A program made the position numbers and the translations under genes. DNA of 55,995 nt, the filler included, from Platydemus manokwari (lineage: Eukaryota): NCBI GenBank assembly GCA_037951405.1. It is 5 parts of 5 records of this genome, joined end to end, with 100 filler letters (N's around TTAATTAATTAA, not from the genome) between each part and the next. Parts side by side here need not be neighbours in the genome. Positions count along the whole stretch, not along the records: positions 25,549 to 34,417 come from JBBMOY011336650.1; positions 34,518 to 43,279 come from JBBMOY011354204.1; 3 more parts are not named here. One strand, given 5' to 3'. The notes below the pieces were generated by a model, which saw only the letters and a program-made list of their open reading frames with translations, was not told the DNA's origin and did no database searches. This document shows, one piece after another, positions 27,792 through 39,024 of the stretch. How positions within the stretch are numbered: position 1 is the stretch's first letter; the number at the start of each line of letters is the position of its first letter.

Positions 27792-27845
<54 letters not shown>
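27792..27845. repeat. Compound (CA)n(TA)n microsatellite
   Basis: Read directly; other short tracts at ~10368-10393, ~21334-21350 and ~33509-33532. Confidence 0.98.
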
Positions 27846-27847
<2 letters not shown>

Positions 27848-29848
27848 GATTATTATTAAGAATTATTATAAACAATTTATTAATAATCATCAAAATATAA
27901 ATTATTTTTAATTTTTCCGGATTATTTATATAAACCTAATTGTTATAAACGAATCATGTTGTTATTTATATTCAATATATTTATTTTTATATCATGTAAT
28001 TGTTTATCTCATCAACATTTTATACTGTAATAAGTATTTGAATGATTTATTAGCGATATATAATCTGTTTTGACGCAATAAAACTTAACAAATACATTAA
28101 ACACCACAATATCAAAAACATTGTTTTCGACAGATTGATTTCAGCACACAATATTAACTGGTAAAAATTTAAAATCGAAACCAACATCTTTTCATTATTT
28201 GAAAATATACCGATTTTAGTCGAATGAATGTCGGAATTTACTGTTTGTAAAAATAGTATACACCAAATGAAGAGTTTAGCCGTTAAATAATTTCAAATTT
28301 TATAAAATTAATACATGATTTGTGTACAGCTTGCATATCGTGTAGCGTTGGATAAAAATAACATACTAAGTACTCCTCCTTGAACATGACATCACTAATA
28401 TCTCGATTTGATGAGATAATCACATACTATATATTGCTAATAGTAGGTATTATTTAGAATTATTTTATTATCAAAATGTAATGATCGAAAGAGTAGTGAT
28501 GGGGAAAATCAGCACCGTTGATTTCATCAATAAAACGATTTTATTTCGGTATTATATATTTCTAGACACCCTTAGTAAATGATATATATTCTGATCGCAC
28601 CCATTGTCAAATCCACACTTAATGTACACAAATTTAAACTATATAATTTCAGAACAGTCTTTTAATTAGGTTAGGAAGTGGTAAAAAGGGAAATTTTAAA
28701 AGTAACTGTAAAAATCAATTTAAGTGAAATGTAGATCAAAGTATTATGGCTCTCAGCACAGTAGTCTTAACCTTATCTCAAAAATATGTATCACTCCGAT
28801 TCAGTTCAGGTCAAGTTACAAAATGATAAAAGAAATAATAAGAAAATTAGTAATAAAAGGCATAACGAAATATGGATTCTAAAATAATTCCACAAATTAT
28901 TAAGTATAAGAACAGACACAAAAGAATTCGGGAATAGGCATGTAAATCGATAGGATTTCGCTATGATGCACCGATATGCATGCTTTCTTGTGAATTTTAA
29001 TCAGATTTTTGCCTATTGCATAAAAATTCTTTAGTTTCCTTTAAAAAAATCCAAACTTTTCACCATACTGACCACATATTAAAGGGAAAATTATTTCTTT
29101 TCGTTACAGGAATAATATAATAACACTATATGTGAAATGCAACATTTGTGTAATTGAGTTTTTAATTTGTTTTAATTGAATATCTAATTTTTAGTGATAT
29201 TCATTTGTCACCTTGATTCATAATTAATAAAACAAAACATGAAACATAAGCTGCAGTAATGGAGATAAATCAGTAAATCAAAAATTATTTTAAACAGAAA
29301 ATATAATGATATTGAAGATATAGATGCTCCATATAGTATTTTTGAATAATTTTATTAAATATACTTTTGTGATTTGAAGTTCTTACGAAATAGTAGTAGC
29401 TAACACTGGTCATTAATCACTAATAAGAAAAATAACAATGAGGTTAGAAACAAATATCCCGAATAAGGTCAAACTGAAAGAATGGCTCACTCGACTCAAT
29501 CAAAAACTTAGTAAAAAATTGCAGAACAAAGTAGCATAAATTAGGACATTTCTTTATTTGATTGTAAATTTCTTTCGATCCTAGACTATTTTTTATAGAT
29601 TTTCGATTGTTTAAAATGAATTTTTTACTCTCGAAAACTCATTTTGTATCCTCAAGTATTAATCAACAAAGAATGAAATTTCCATATTAGCCCAAAAATT
29701 CATTTAACTATGGAATTGTAAAGTCAGAGTTGATTTTGTTGGAAAACAATATAATATACCTTCTTGCAGTATTTCATTTTTAGTTTCATTATTCACATTG
29801 TTGTGATATTTGTTTATTTTATATTTATAATAAAATGATCCAGACTAG

Positions 29849-30733
29849 TTGAAGTTAAAGTTCAGAATTAAATTCATATTCCATAAATTTGAAATGGTAA
29901 ATTTCATAAAAACTCGGTCGATGAAGTCCAACATTTTTGAGTTGGTGTGCAAGAATATGGATTCTCACAATGTTCGTTTGCTATTGCACACAGACATAAA
30001 ATGGTTATCGAAAGGAATGGTGTTAGCTGGAGTAATTGAGTTTCAGAAAGAACTTTTTTTATGAAAATGAAAAGCTTGATATATTTTGTAAATTCCTTAA
30101 AAATGAATTGTGGGTGTCCAAAATAGAGTACTTAAGTGAGATATTTGGACATCTCAATAGTCTGAATAGCAACATGCCAGGCAAAAATGGAAATATTCTT
30201 ACGGGAACAGATAAATTAGTTACTTTTAAGAAAAAAATGCAATGAAAGAAAAGAATGATGGTAAATGATTTCGATATATTTCCATCAGTTCGTAAAACTT
30301 GCGTTACCGAGATGATTCTCATTATTAATAAGGATTTGACAATTTTGGAAAATACAATTGAAGAATGTTTCCCCTCAATCAGCATTGAAAAATTTGATTG
30401 GAATAGCAATCCTTTCCTAAATTTATCGATCATTAACTTTGAGTTATGTGAAGAGGTAGAACTAGGGAGTCTTTCCAGTGATCTGGAACTCAAATTGAAA
30501 TACACAAAACTGCCTTTAGACACCTTTTGGATTTCTGTTATGGAAGAGTATCCAACTTTTAGTAAAAAAAAGCCATCAAAGTCTTACTGCAATTCTCAAC
30601 TTCGTACCTATGCGAACTGTGACTTTCTTACCTAAGCAACATTAAAAATAAGAAACGTGAAAGACTTAAAAACATTGGAGAACAGTTAAGAGTATGTCTT
30701 TCTCACATGCACTAGGCACAACTATCCCACTGA
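29849..30733 (+). mobile_element. hAT Buster/Charlie (ZBED8/SCAND3-like) transposase pseudogene, C-terminal half
   Basis: VNFIKTR..LLLHTDIKWLSKG (cf. HTEVRWLSRG), YLSEIFGHLNSLN, FWISVMEEYP, and in a shifted frame AIKVLLQFSTSYLCEL..KNKKRERL..LRVCLS..AQLSH* (dimerisation domain); frameshifts and stops. Confidence 0.92.
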
Positions 30734-31381
30734 CATTCAGCGTTATTATTCTAAACCAGGTATTGAATGCAGGATATGTTGTATTTATGAGAATAAAATT
30801 TTTTCCTTATATTTACAAAGAATAATTTTATACTCTTCAGATAATTGTAAATCGGTTATATTATATTTTCAATAAATAATAACACATTCTTCAATATGTA
30901 TAGTAAATATTAACATTTTGTTTAAAATATCGATTAGCTAAATCGATTAATTGAAATTTTCATTTTCCCAAAAGTATTTCTAATAACTTCTATTAAAATA
31001 ATTGCCTTTAAACCCAAATAAAAGCGGTTCAAACATTTCCGTGAACAGTTGCTTTGCAAAGCTTATCAATCCAGTGATATATCAATAGAGTGATATCAAT
31101 CAGCTGTAATGTTTTCAATCTTTCCAGTTGACATTGGGACATGTAGAGGAATTATGGATGAGACAGTTGTATGTTGAAAATGATATTTCGGCATTTTAGT
31201 CAATCTATGCAATTATGAGATTATCTAAATATGCGGAATGAAATTTGCTTTATCATGACATCCAGTGGGGGTTGGTCAATATATTGACTTGTTAATTATC
31301 GTTGTGATAACTATATATGTATATGTATACGTATATATCCATGTATATATTAATGTTAAATGCTTGTGTCATCTTATAGAT

Positions 31382-31671
31382 CAGTGTTCATCAAAATGGG
31401 GTGGGCGAGGAGTTTCATATTCGACACAGACTTATATTATATAGATCGAATTTAAAAGATCTGAAATAAGTACTGAGACCAGACATCATCGTAATAGAAC
31501 CAAGATTTGATTTTTTATGCAACAATATGCAAAATCGTGGTTATTTTTAAATATATTTTAATTTTTTGGTATAAAAAATTTAATTTATTATTTTTATTTT
31601 AGACCCTAGGGGTTGCGAAAAAATTTGGACTCGTAAAGTGGGTCGCAACACACAAAATGTGAAGACCACTG
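31382..31671. mobile_element. Complete 290-bp non-autonomous hAT (Buster-type) MITE
   Basis: Imperfect TIRs CAGTGTTCATCA / TGAAGACCACTG; perfect 8-bp TSD TTATAGAT at 31374-31381 and 31672-31679 (nnnTAnnn); subterminal GGGTTGCG/GGGTCGC motifs. Confidence 0.9.
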
Positions 31672-33269
31672 TTATAGATAACTCATTTTAGCATTTTAAT
31701 CAAACATATTTTGTCTACTTAAAATATTTGTTCGCCAATAAGATGGTATTTAATAAATTTAAGAGTTTCAGATAGAACTAATTCTAAAGATACAGCTGCA
31801 AATTCTCTATTTGGATGCAAATATTTTAGATCTACAATAATTATTTACTAATTTTATTCTTATCCTAAAAGTATTTGATCTTTTTTCCATTTGGTTGTTT
31901 GGGATTTTTAGTAAAATTTAAAATGTCCTTTCTTGAATAAATATATTTATTAACTCAGTGGATTTAACCAATAAATGTTTATCAAATTAACTTTTGTCCA
32001 AAATACAATTGTTTTCATTTCAGATTAGTACCATCAATTAATATTTAGCAATATCATGAAACTATAAATTCATGAAATAACCTTGACATGGATCTCGTGA
32101 CAGTTAAGATATATCACTGTTTCCACACCTACTGTCTTTGCACAATAAGGTTGTGAGAGATGTAGATTGAACAAAATAAGTTTCGTTGCACCTGTGGCCT
32201 TAATCATTGAGACTGATTATGACATCAATGATATCAAATAGAAATAGTATTAATAAAACAATAAAATCAATAAGACCCGAATGTAATCGATTTATGAAAT
32301 GCTTTATCTATCATCTATTAGTTACTTTATAACAATATAAAGTTAACATTGTCGATTTGTTCGATGAAATTCATTGGGTTATTGTATTTCTTGACTGATG
32401 GTTTTCCGATTGATTAACGGCATTTACAAACTTCGTTAAAATTTCACTTATTATTATAATTGCGTGACATTTTCATTTATTCATAGGGGTATTTTTTCAT
32501 TTTATGCAATGTATTTTAGCTTCAAATTGACCACACTTTAAAGGCTTAAGTTTTTACTGAACTAATAAAACATTGCACAATAAAAATTAATGGATTCATT
32601 TTATCAGTCTCCTGATGCTCAAGCCTGGGCGATTAGTTTCATATTGAAGTCCCTTCAACACAAACTGGAATGAAGATCCCGATAACAGAGTCCACAAATT
32701 GCCAACGAATTTCTACAAAATTTCTACGACCAGCTAAAAAATCACCGGGAAGCTCAAAGATTCGATGCTAAATTCAATTGAAGCCCGTTATAGCTACGGA
32801 CTTCAACCAGGAAGATGCAATTGTAAAAAACGTATTATATTTCAAAGCTGATGTGAGGGAATTACCATCTTAGGACCTTTAATAGGACCTTTCTGTCAGA
32901 ATTTCGATGTGCAAACCAACTAAATTAACCAAATATTTGTACAAATTTTACTGTGACCCATTTTTTGTTTGTTTACTTGGCTTTTTCGTCTAAAGTTAAA
33001 AAAGTGTCCTGCAGGTAGAGATACCACAAACATATAAAAAGTTTTACAATCCAAATAGGGATTTGGTTCAACAATTCGGCCTTGTATCTTTTTGACATTC
33101 GGAATAAGGCGTTTGTGGTGCACGGGACTCACACACAAAGTGTATTAGCAAAATGACCTCCATAAGCATTCCAACAATCAGTAAATGGTTACAATGTTTA
33201 TTGAAATAAAACTAAGAATTTAAAATTATTTATAAAGGTACAAAATTTGTAAGAAGTAGTTTGGCACAG

Positions 33270-33440
33270 AAAAATAATTGTAGACCTAAATATCGTCGTA
33301 GAAATTGATGAGACCTAATTTGGAAGTGCCAAATATAATAGCTGGCATCGAAAAAATAGTTTTTGAGTTGTTGAAAGACTTGAGATATAGTAAGAAAGAA
33401 TTGCTTCTTATTTCTAGTCCGCATCGACTCTAGAAACAAT
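33270..33440 (+). mobile_element. Merlin (IS1595/ISXO2-like) transposase remnant
   Basis: IVVEIDET*FGSAKYNSWHRKNSF*VV corresponds to the Merlin signature VEIDESKFGKRKYNRGH...WV. Confidence 0.72.
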
Positions 33441-34417
33441 AAATACAAGTTAAATAGAAATTTTATATTTAAAATAATACTTTTGGTTAATTGTATGTTT
33501 GTGAAACTGATATATATATATATATATATATAAGGATTGTTGGAGTTGCTTTTCCCTTTTTAATTTAAAATTGAATTTTATGTAAATATCTCATCAAAAT
33601 TTGATTAGAAATAAGTTTTAATATTAAATAACTCGCGAAAAGTCATTACATTATAATTGAGTCAAAGCACCTTTTTTCTTAACTTAAGTCGTTTATTCTA
33701 AATTGACATTCGTATAATTTTAAATTATAAACATTTCTTTGATATTTCAAACCAATTGAAAGTAAACTATTTATTTTTATTTAGTAAATATTATAAAATC
33801 TTATAGTTGTTTTGAAACCTGATAACTTTTTAAATTAATTTGTACTATTTTATTAATTTAATTTAAAAGTTAAATTACTTTTAATTGATATTAAATATCA
33901 ACTTTTATTTTATTATATTCAAATATCCCGATAACTATGTTTGTCTAAGGAAAATAATAAATAATAAGTATAGTCAATCGAAATCGTCTCTAGATAAAAC
34001 AGTTTTTCCACACAATGTCCAAGACTTGAAAGATCATCTCTGCACTTGCAAAGACCATCTCCGGATCTGCTTTTGAGTTGTATCGACAATCGTTAAACTC
34101 AACACTGTGTTTTGCATTATTTCTCATTATAATCACTACAAACTTAAACTCTTCAAATATTTAATGTCACAATTAAATTACTGGTTTTAGTGAATTTTAA
34201 TGTTGAGGGCATTTAGTTTTATTTATTGATTTTTTAGCTTTAAATTGGTATAAAATTGTATAAAAATGGTTTTTACAGATTTCGTATCTTAACGAGTTTA
34301 ATTTGAACAGAAAAAAATTTATAAATTTTTCAAGTTCAAATTCATCTTTCACCATATCTTTTTTACGATTTTTGAATTTTTTATTTTTTTTTCAAAAATT
34401 CAAAAAATGGGGAAAAA

Positions 34418-34517
34418 NNNNNNNNNNNNNNNNNNNNNNNNNNNNNNNNNNNNNNNNNNNNTTAATTAATTAANNNNNNNNNNNNNNNNNNNNNNNNNNN
34501 NNNNNNNNNNNNNNNNN
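34418..34517. other. Artificial contig spacer
   Basis: Same 100-nt N/TTAATTAATTAA/N linker. Confidence 0.98.
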
Positions 34518-35717
34518 ATTATTATTATTATTATCATTATTATTATTATAAGTATTATTATTATTATTAAACCATATTTTCAATGCCTTTATTGTGAATT
34601 CTAAAGATCAAACCTTAAATCCGGTTTCAATATCAGAAACATTAAAAACAAAGGAAAGACACAGTAAAAGATGGGTTTTATTCACAGCTGCCTTCGACAA
34701 TCAACGAAATTGATATCAAATTCGAAATAAAAATAAACATTCAACGATTTTAAATTGAAAAATGAAGCCTAACGAAAATAAATCACTAAAAATTTGACTC
34801 GGCAATTCCATTCAATGATGCGAAGCGGAAGTTTGAAAATTAATGATCTAAGAATTGTCAATTCATTGTTTAAACATTTCAAAACATCATGGAAAAAAAA
34901 TGAAATGTTCAACAATAAATTAAATCTCTATCTTACATAACAGCTCGCAACAGCGTTTGTGTTCATTATCAACATTGCAATTTATTCAATCTCTATTTCG
35001 ATTACTACTTGAATTAGATAGAATTCACAATATTTTTGTCTGGTATTGAAATTGAAGGACAAATCATTATGATTTTGTTTTCATGAATGAATTGATATTC
35101 ACTAACTGGAAATATTATAGACATTTTTTCTGTAATAGAAAATTGAAATGAAGGTGAATAATATTACCAAATAACATTCTATCTGATAATTTGTTAATGA
35201 ATTGCGCTGTATCTATTGGAAATAGAAAATAAAATTATTACTGATATATGATAAACAAATCATGAATGAATGTTTAACCACATAATTTGAATTTCGATGT
35301 TGGATGTCATTTTTATTTTGCAACTTATCATTGAAAATGACATTTCTTATAGTTTACCAATAGATTTTTCTCTAGGTAATTACCCTTTATTTTGTGTTTT
35401 GTAGTTAGATCATCTATGACGTTTTTTCGTACGGAATTTGTATTTCATGAATATCTCTGGGTAGGATTCCACTTTTTATCAGAGTATTATTTTCTTAACC
35501 TACACTGCGCAATTCATTTATAACTTTATTTTATAAAATGTTTAATGAGCGAACAGAAAAATATCTATGAAAACTTATGAATAGTCCAAACCATGTTGTA
35601 ATTAATGGGTTATTGTATTTCTACAATAATTTTCATAGAGATCCTTGATACAACTTTCAGAATTAAGAAAGCTGAAAAAACATGCCAAAAACAACTTGAG
35701 AAATTTCAAATTTTACT

Positions 35718-37031
35718 TTAATATACCCTATCAACTGGCAAAATCAAGCTATCAATATATACATAACATCTACTTACATCAGGACGAATTCGACCCCATT
35801 TCCTTGCAATGCACTTTCTCTGACGACCAATTACGTACGATTCGTATGCCGGTGCATTCTTGACATTGATTATTTTCAACGTTCCACCTTTAATTTTATA
35901 CACTATTCCACCATTTTCAGCCGATATCATGGTACTGGAAGTTTTCGTCTCTTTTGACTTCGCGGGGGTTTTGCAGATCGGTTTTGCAATTCTTTGTTTA
36001 CGAACCTGTTTCAACCAGGCCGGATCGTAGTTTCTAAATCTCTCTCGTGCTCTCACTCTTTTCATCGGATCTTTGTAATTAACATTTGATCGTGGAACGG
36101 GAATGTAAACCTTCCGAGCGGTTATACTATTGAAATATGGAATGAACGTTTGATGATCGACAACTTGACTTGCTCTGCTAACTTTAGCCAATATCTGCTG
36201 AATTGTTACGTTAAACATATCAAATCGGAATTGGATTAAGTCTTTTTTGTATTTCGCTGTAACGGTCGCATGATTCTGAACACAATTGTTGTCAAATGCT
36301 GAATATCGTGAGGGTATATGTTCTATCAAGCGATTCTTGATTGAATCGACAGTTAATAGTTTACACTGAATTTGAAAGACAACTCCTTTGACAGTAAGGC
36401 TAATCTTTCCCATATGATCCGGAAATTTGTGAGTGGAACATATTGATTTTTCTCGTTTGGACCTATTTAATTGTTCTCTTTTCGAATAATTGCGATAAAT
36501 CTTAATTGGGTGAACATCACTGATTCCACCAATACAACCGATTTTGTTTCGACCTTTAATCAAAAAGAATATACGATTCGTTACCCAACAGCGGCTGCTT
36601 TTAAAATCGCACGTTTCTTTGAACTTGATCCGATTCGGTGTAAAGGTTTGCTTGTCATTGCTAAAATCCGTGACATCCCGATTGGCTAGATAGATGGGAT
36701 CCAATTTTACATTACATGCCTTGAAAAGAATTTGATAAGTATGTTGGAATGAGTCTTGACAATATAAAACACTTGTTTCTAAAATCTTTTCTTCTGGTGT
36801 ACAACATAACTTTCCATGGTGTTGCAATGAAATTTCCGGTTCTGTATCAGCATGTTTGAGGTTGGGTGAGTGAAAATAATTGTTCATATTAGTGACTAAT
36901 TTTGAAATTCGTAATTTTTGATACCACTTATTTGATAAGTTAAACATTTTGCGAAGCTTAGAATAAGCACGTCTAGAACGGCTGCGAGGACCGGAATTAT
37001 TGTTGAAAGATTTAGTCCTGATACAAAACAT
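35718..37031 (-). CDS. Uncharacterised basic protein, 437-codon intact ORF (possibly one large exon spliced after 35778)
   Basis: 1.3-kb stop-free frame in DNA where other chance ORFs are short; GC above flanks; in-phase GTAAGT donor at 35777 after ...GRIRPD; no recognisable domain. Confidence 0.7.
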   Translation of the reverse strand: MFCIRTKSFNNNSGPRSRSRRAYSKLRKMFNLSNKWYQKLRISKLVTNMNNYFHSPNLKHADTEPEISLQHHGKLCCTPEEKILETSVLYCQDSFQHTYQILFKACNVKLDPIYLANRDVTDFSNDKQTFTPNRIKFKETCDFKSSRCWVTNRIFFLIKGRNKIGCIGGISDVHPIKIYRNYSKREQLNRSKREKSICSTHKFPDHMGKISLTVKGVVFQIQCKLLTVDSIKNRLIEHIPSRYSAFDNNCVQNHATVTAKYKKDLIQFRFDMFNVTIQQILAKVSRASQVVDHQTFIPYFNSITARKVYIPVPRSNVNYKDPMKRVRARERFRNYDPAWLKQVRKQRIAKPICKTPAKSKETKTSSTMISAENGGIVYKIKGGTLKIINVKNAPAYESYVIGRQRKCIARKWGRIRPDVSRCYVYIDSLILPVDRVY

Positions 37032-37550
37032 GATAAACTATAACCGTTATCGATAAAAAATATTGTGGAATCAATCATATGATATTGATTGGAGTAAATC
37101 TCATGACTCAACTTTATGGAATAAGTTTAAAATGAAAAAAGCTTCCTCATTTTCAAATATTAAGTACGTGACACTTTAAATTCAACAGAATCAATAAGTG
37201 AAGTAATTATTTAATGCCTTTATTATTCGTTACAATTCTGAACTGAAAGAATAATTAATAATAACAAACAATTATTTGAAAACTGGAATAAACACAAAGG
37301 TTGACAATTCATGATGTACAATCCTCATCAGATAATGAATGATATTCTAAATGAAATGTAACTGAAAAATTATTATTTACACTTTCTAATAAGAAATTTT
37401 GTTTAAAAATCTTTGACAAAATTCAGCATAGTAAATCTCCGAAAAGATCGTGAGTAAACCACGTGGACATTAAATCATGCCGAGGGGTTTCCTTTCTTAT
37501 AATAATTTTAGATGTATGTAATTTATTGATGGAAATGATGAATATTTAAA

Positions 37551-39024
37551 GTTGAATTTTAAGATTATTAAAGATTATTAATTAAAGATTACAATTTGGC
37601 ACCTTGGAAATCTTGTTTTGATGTTTTACATGTATAAATGTCTACACGATCATTCAGATATAATAGCCAGCCAATCAGAAATGATATAAATTGACGGAAT
37701 TGGAATTGGAAAAATGAAATATCAAATTAAAATTTGGCACACAAAAACATACGCAAGCTTCAAGTGTAAATAACAATATAAAGAAAGCCTATTGCCTGTG
37801 GAAACTGATAATAGAAGTCGTTTATGGTTATGTTTACGTTTGTGTTTATGCTTGTGGTTATTCAGAGCCCGATTTTTCATGAGAACATAATTTTCAACCT
37901 CGTCTATACCCTCACTTATTTTAATAAATAAAAATGTTTTATCAGAAATAGGCCCTTATTGTTACTTATTGTGCATTTTTATTGTTTATTGTATTTTTGA
38001 TTTTTTGTACTTTGATACTGCTGAGTATGGACTAAATCTTGCAAAATTATAACGATCTTGAACACTATAACCTTTATTTTAGCGCTTTTAGAATTTGCAT
38101 GTCTATACAACCTTACAGGTATATCAACGAACCGATCACAGCTGACTTAGATGTGTTGGATGTATCACAAATCAATACAAGGGTCACAAGAACCAAAGAA
38201 AAACCCTAAAAAGGGTCAATACACACAAACCCGATAAACACATGTACGTTAACCAATCAGATTCTAATGAAAATCCATATGTAGAAGCTAAGAATCGACA
38301 GGCACATACCTAAAAACGGCAGCAAGCTCAAATATTCACCAATGGCACAAAAGATATAAGGGAAATCTCAAGTAAATCAATCCATAAAACAAATTTAGCG
38401 AATGGAAAACAAAGATCTGTGACATCAAGCAGACACACCTGATAGGTCTATAAAAGAGTTTGAGTTCCATGGATTCCTGCTAGTCTTTTTTGGTTGGTAG
38501 CTCCAGTGTGATTTTCGGTAATGAGTCATTTTGATTACTCTTCATTATTTTTTGAATTTTGGGTGCTGATCCCTTCTTGAATGATTTTCTTTGTGATTTA
38601 CGTAAAGATTTATTATTGTTATTATTGAGACTTTGAATATATTATTTTAGTTAATATAGATTTGCAGATTCAAATTGTTGCTTGATAATGCAGCAGATGG
38701 AAATTTATAATTTGAAAAATGGATATGACCATACAATAACACACATAGAGATTGACCAATCCTGAGCACACAGAAGCAATATATCCAATTAGAACTTGAG
38801 AAATAAAAGATAAAATCAAAACGTGATACAAAAATTGTGCACAAATCTCAAGTAAAATTCTTATGTAAAGATCCCTAACCACCAGTTAAACATCATTTTT
38901 TGTTCTCGTTGTTATTATTGATTATGAATTGTTCTGTTCAGCGCACAGTCATTTTGAGTACGTAGTGATTAGTACGTTTTTGAGAAATACTGATTGCAAT
39001 CTTCGATTCTTTTGAACCCCAACA
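37551..39024 (+). repeat. Three head-to-tail diverged solo-LTR-like units (B1 ~37551-38063, A1 ~38152-38560, B2 ~38676-39024)
   Basis: Each has CCAATC (37671, 38253, 38756) followed by a TATA-like box (37777, 38449, ~38862); A1 and B2 start TGTTG; B1 and B2 end AACA; by-eye homology to 50567-51280; no TSD recognised. Confidence 0.55.

Noticed and set aside
30059-30523. 154-aa minus-strand ORF
   Set aside because: Antisense shadow of the hAT transposase pseudogene
36896-37111. 71-aa ORF overlapping the start of the 437-aa ORF, and short antisense ORFs at 35645 and 36471
   Set aside because: Short, no motif, and expected by chance in or opposite a coding region
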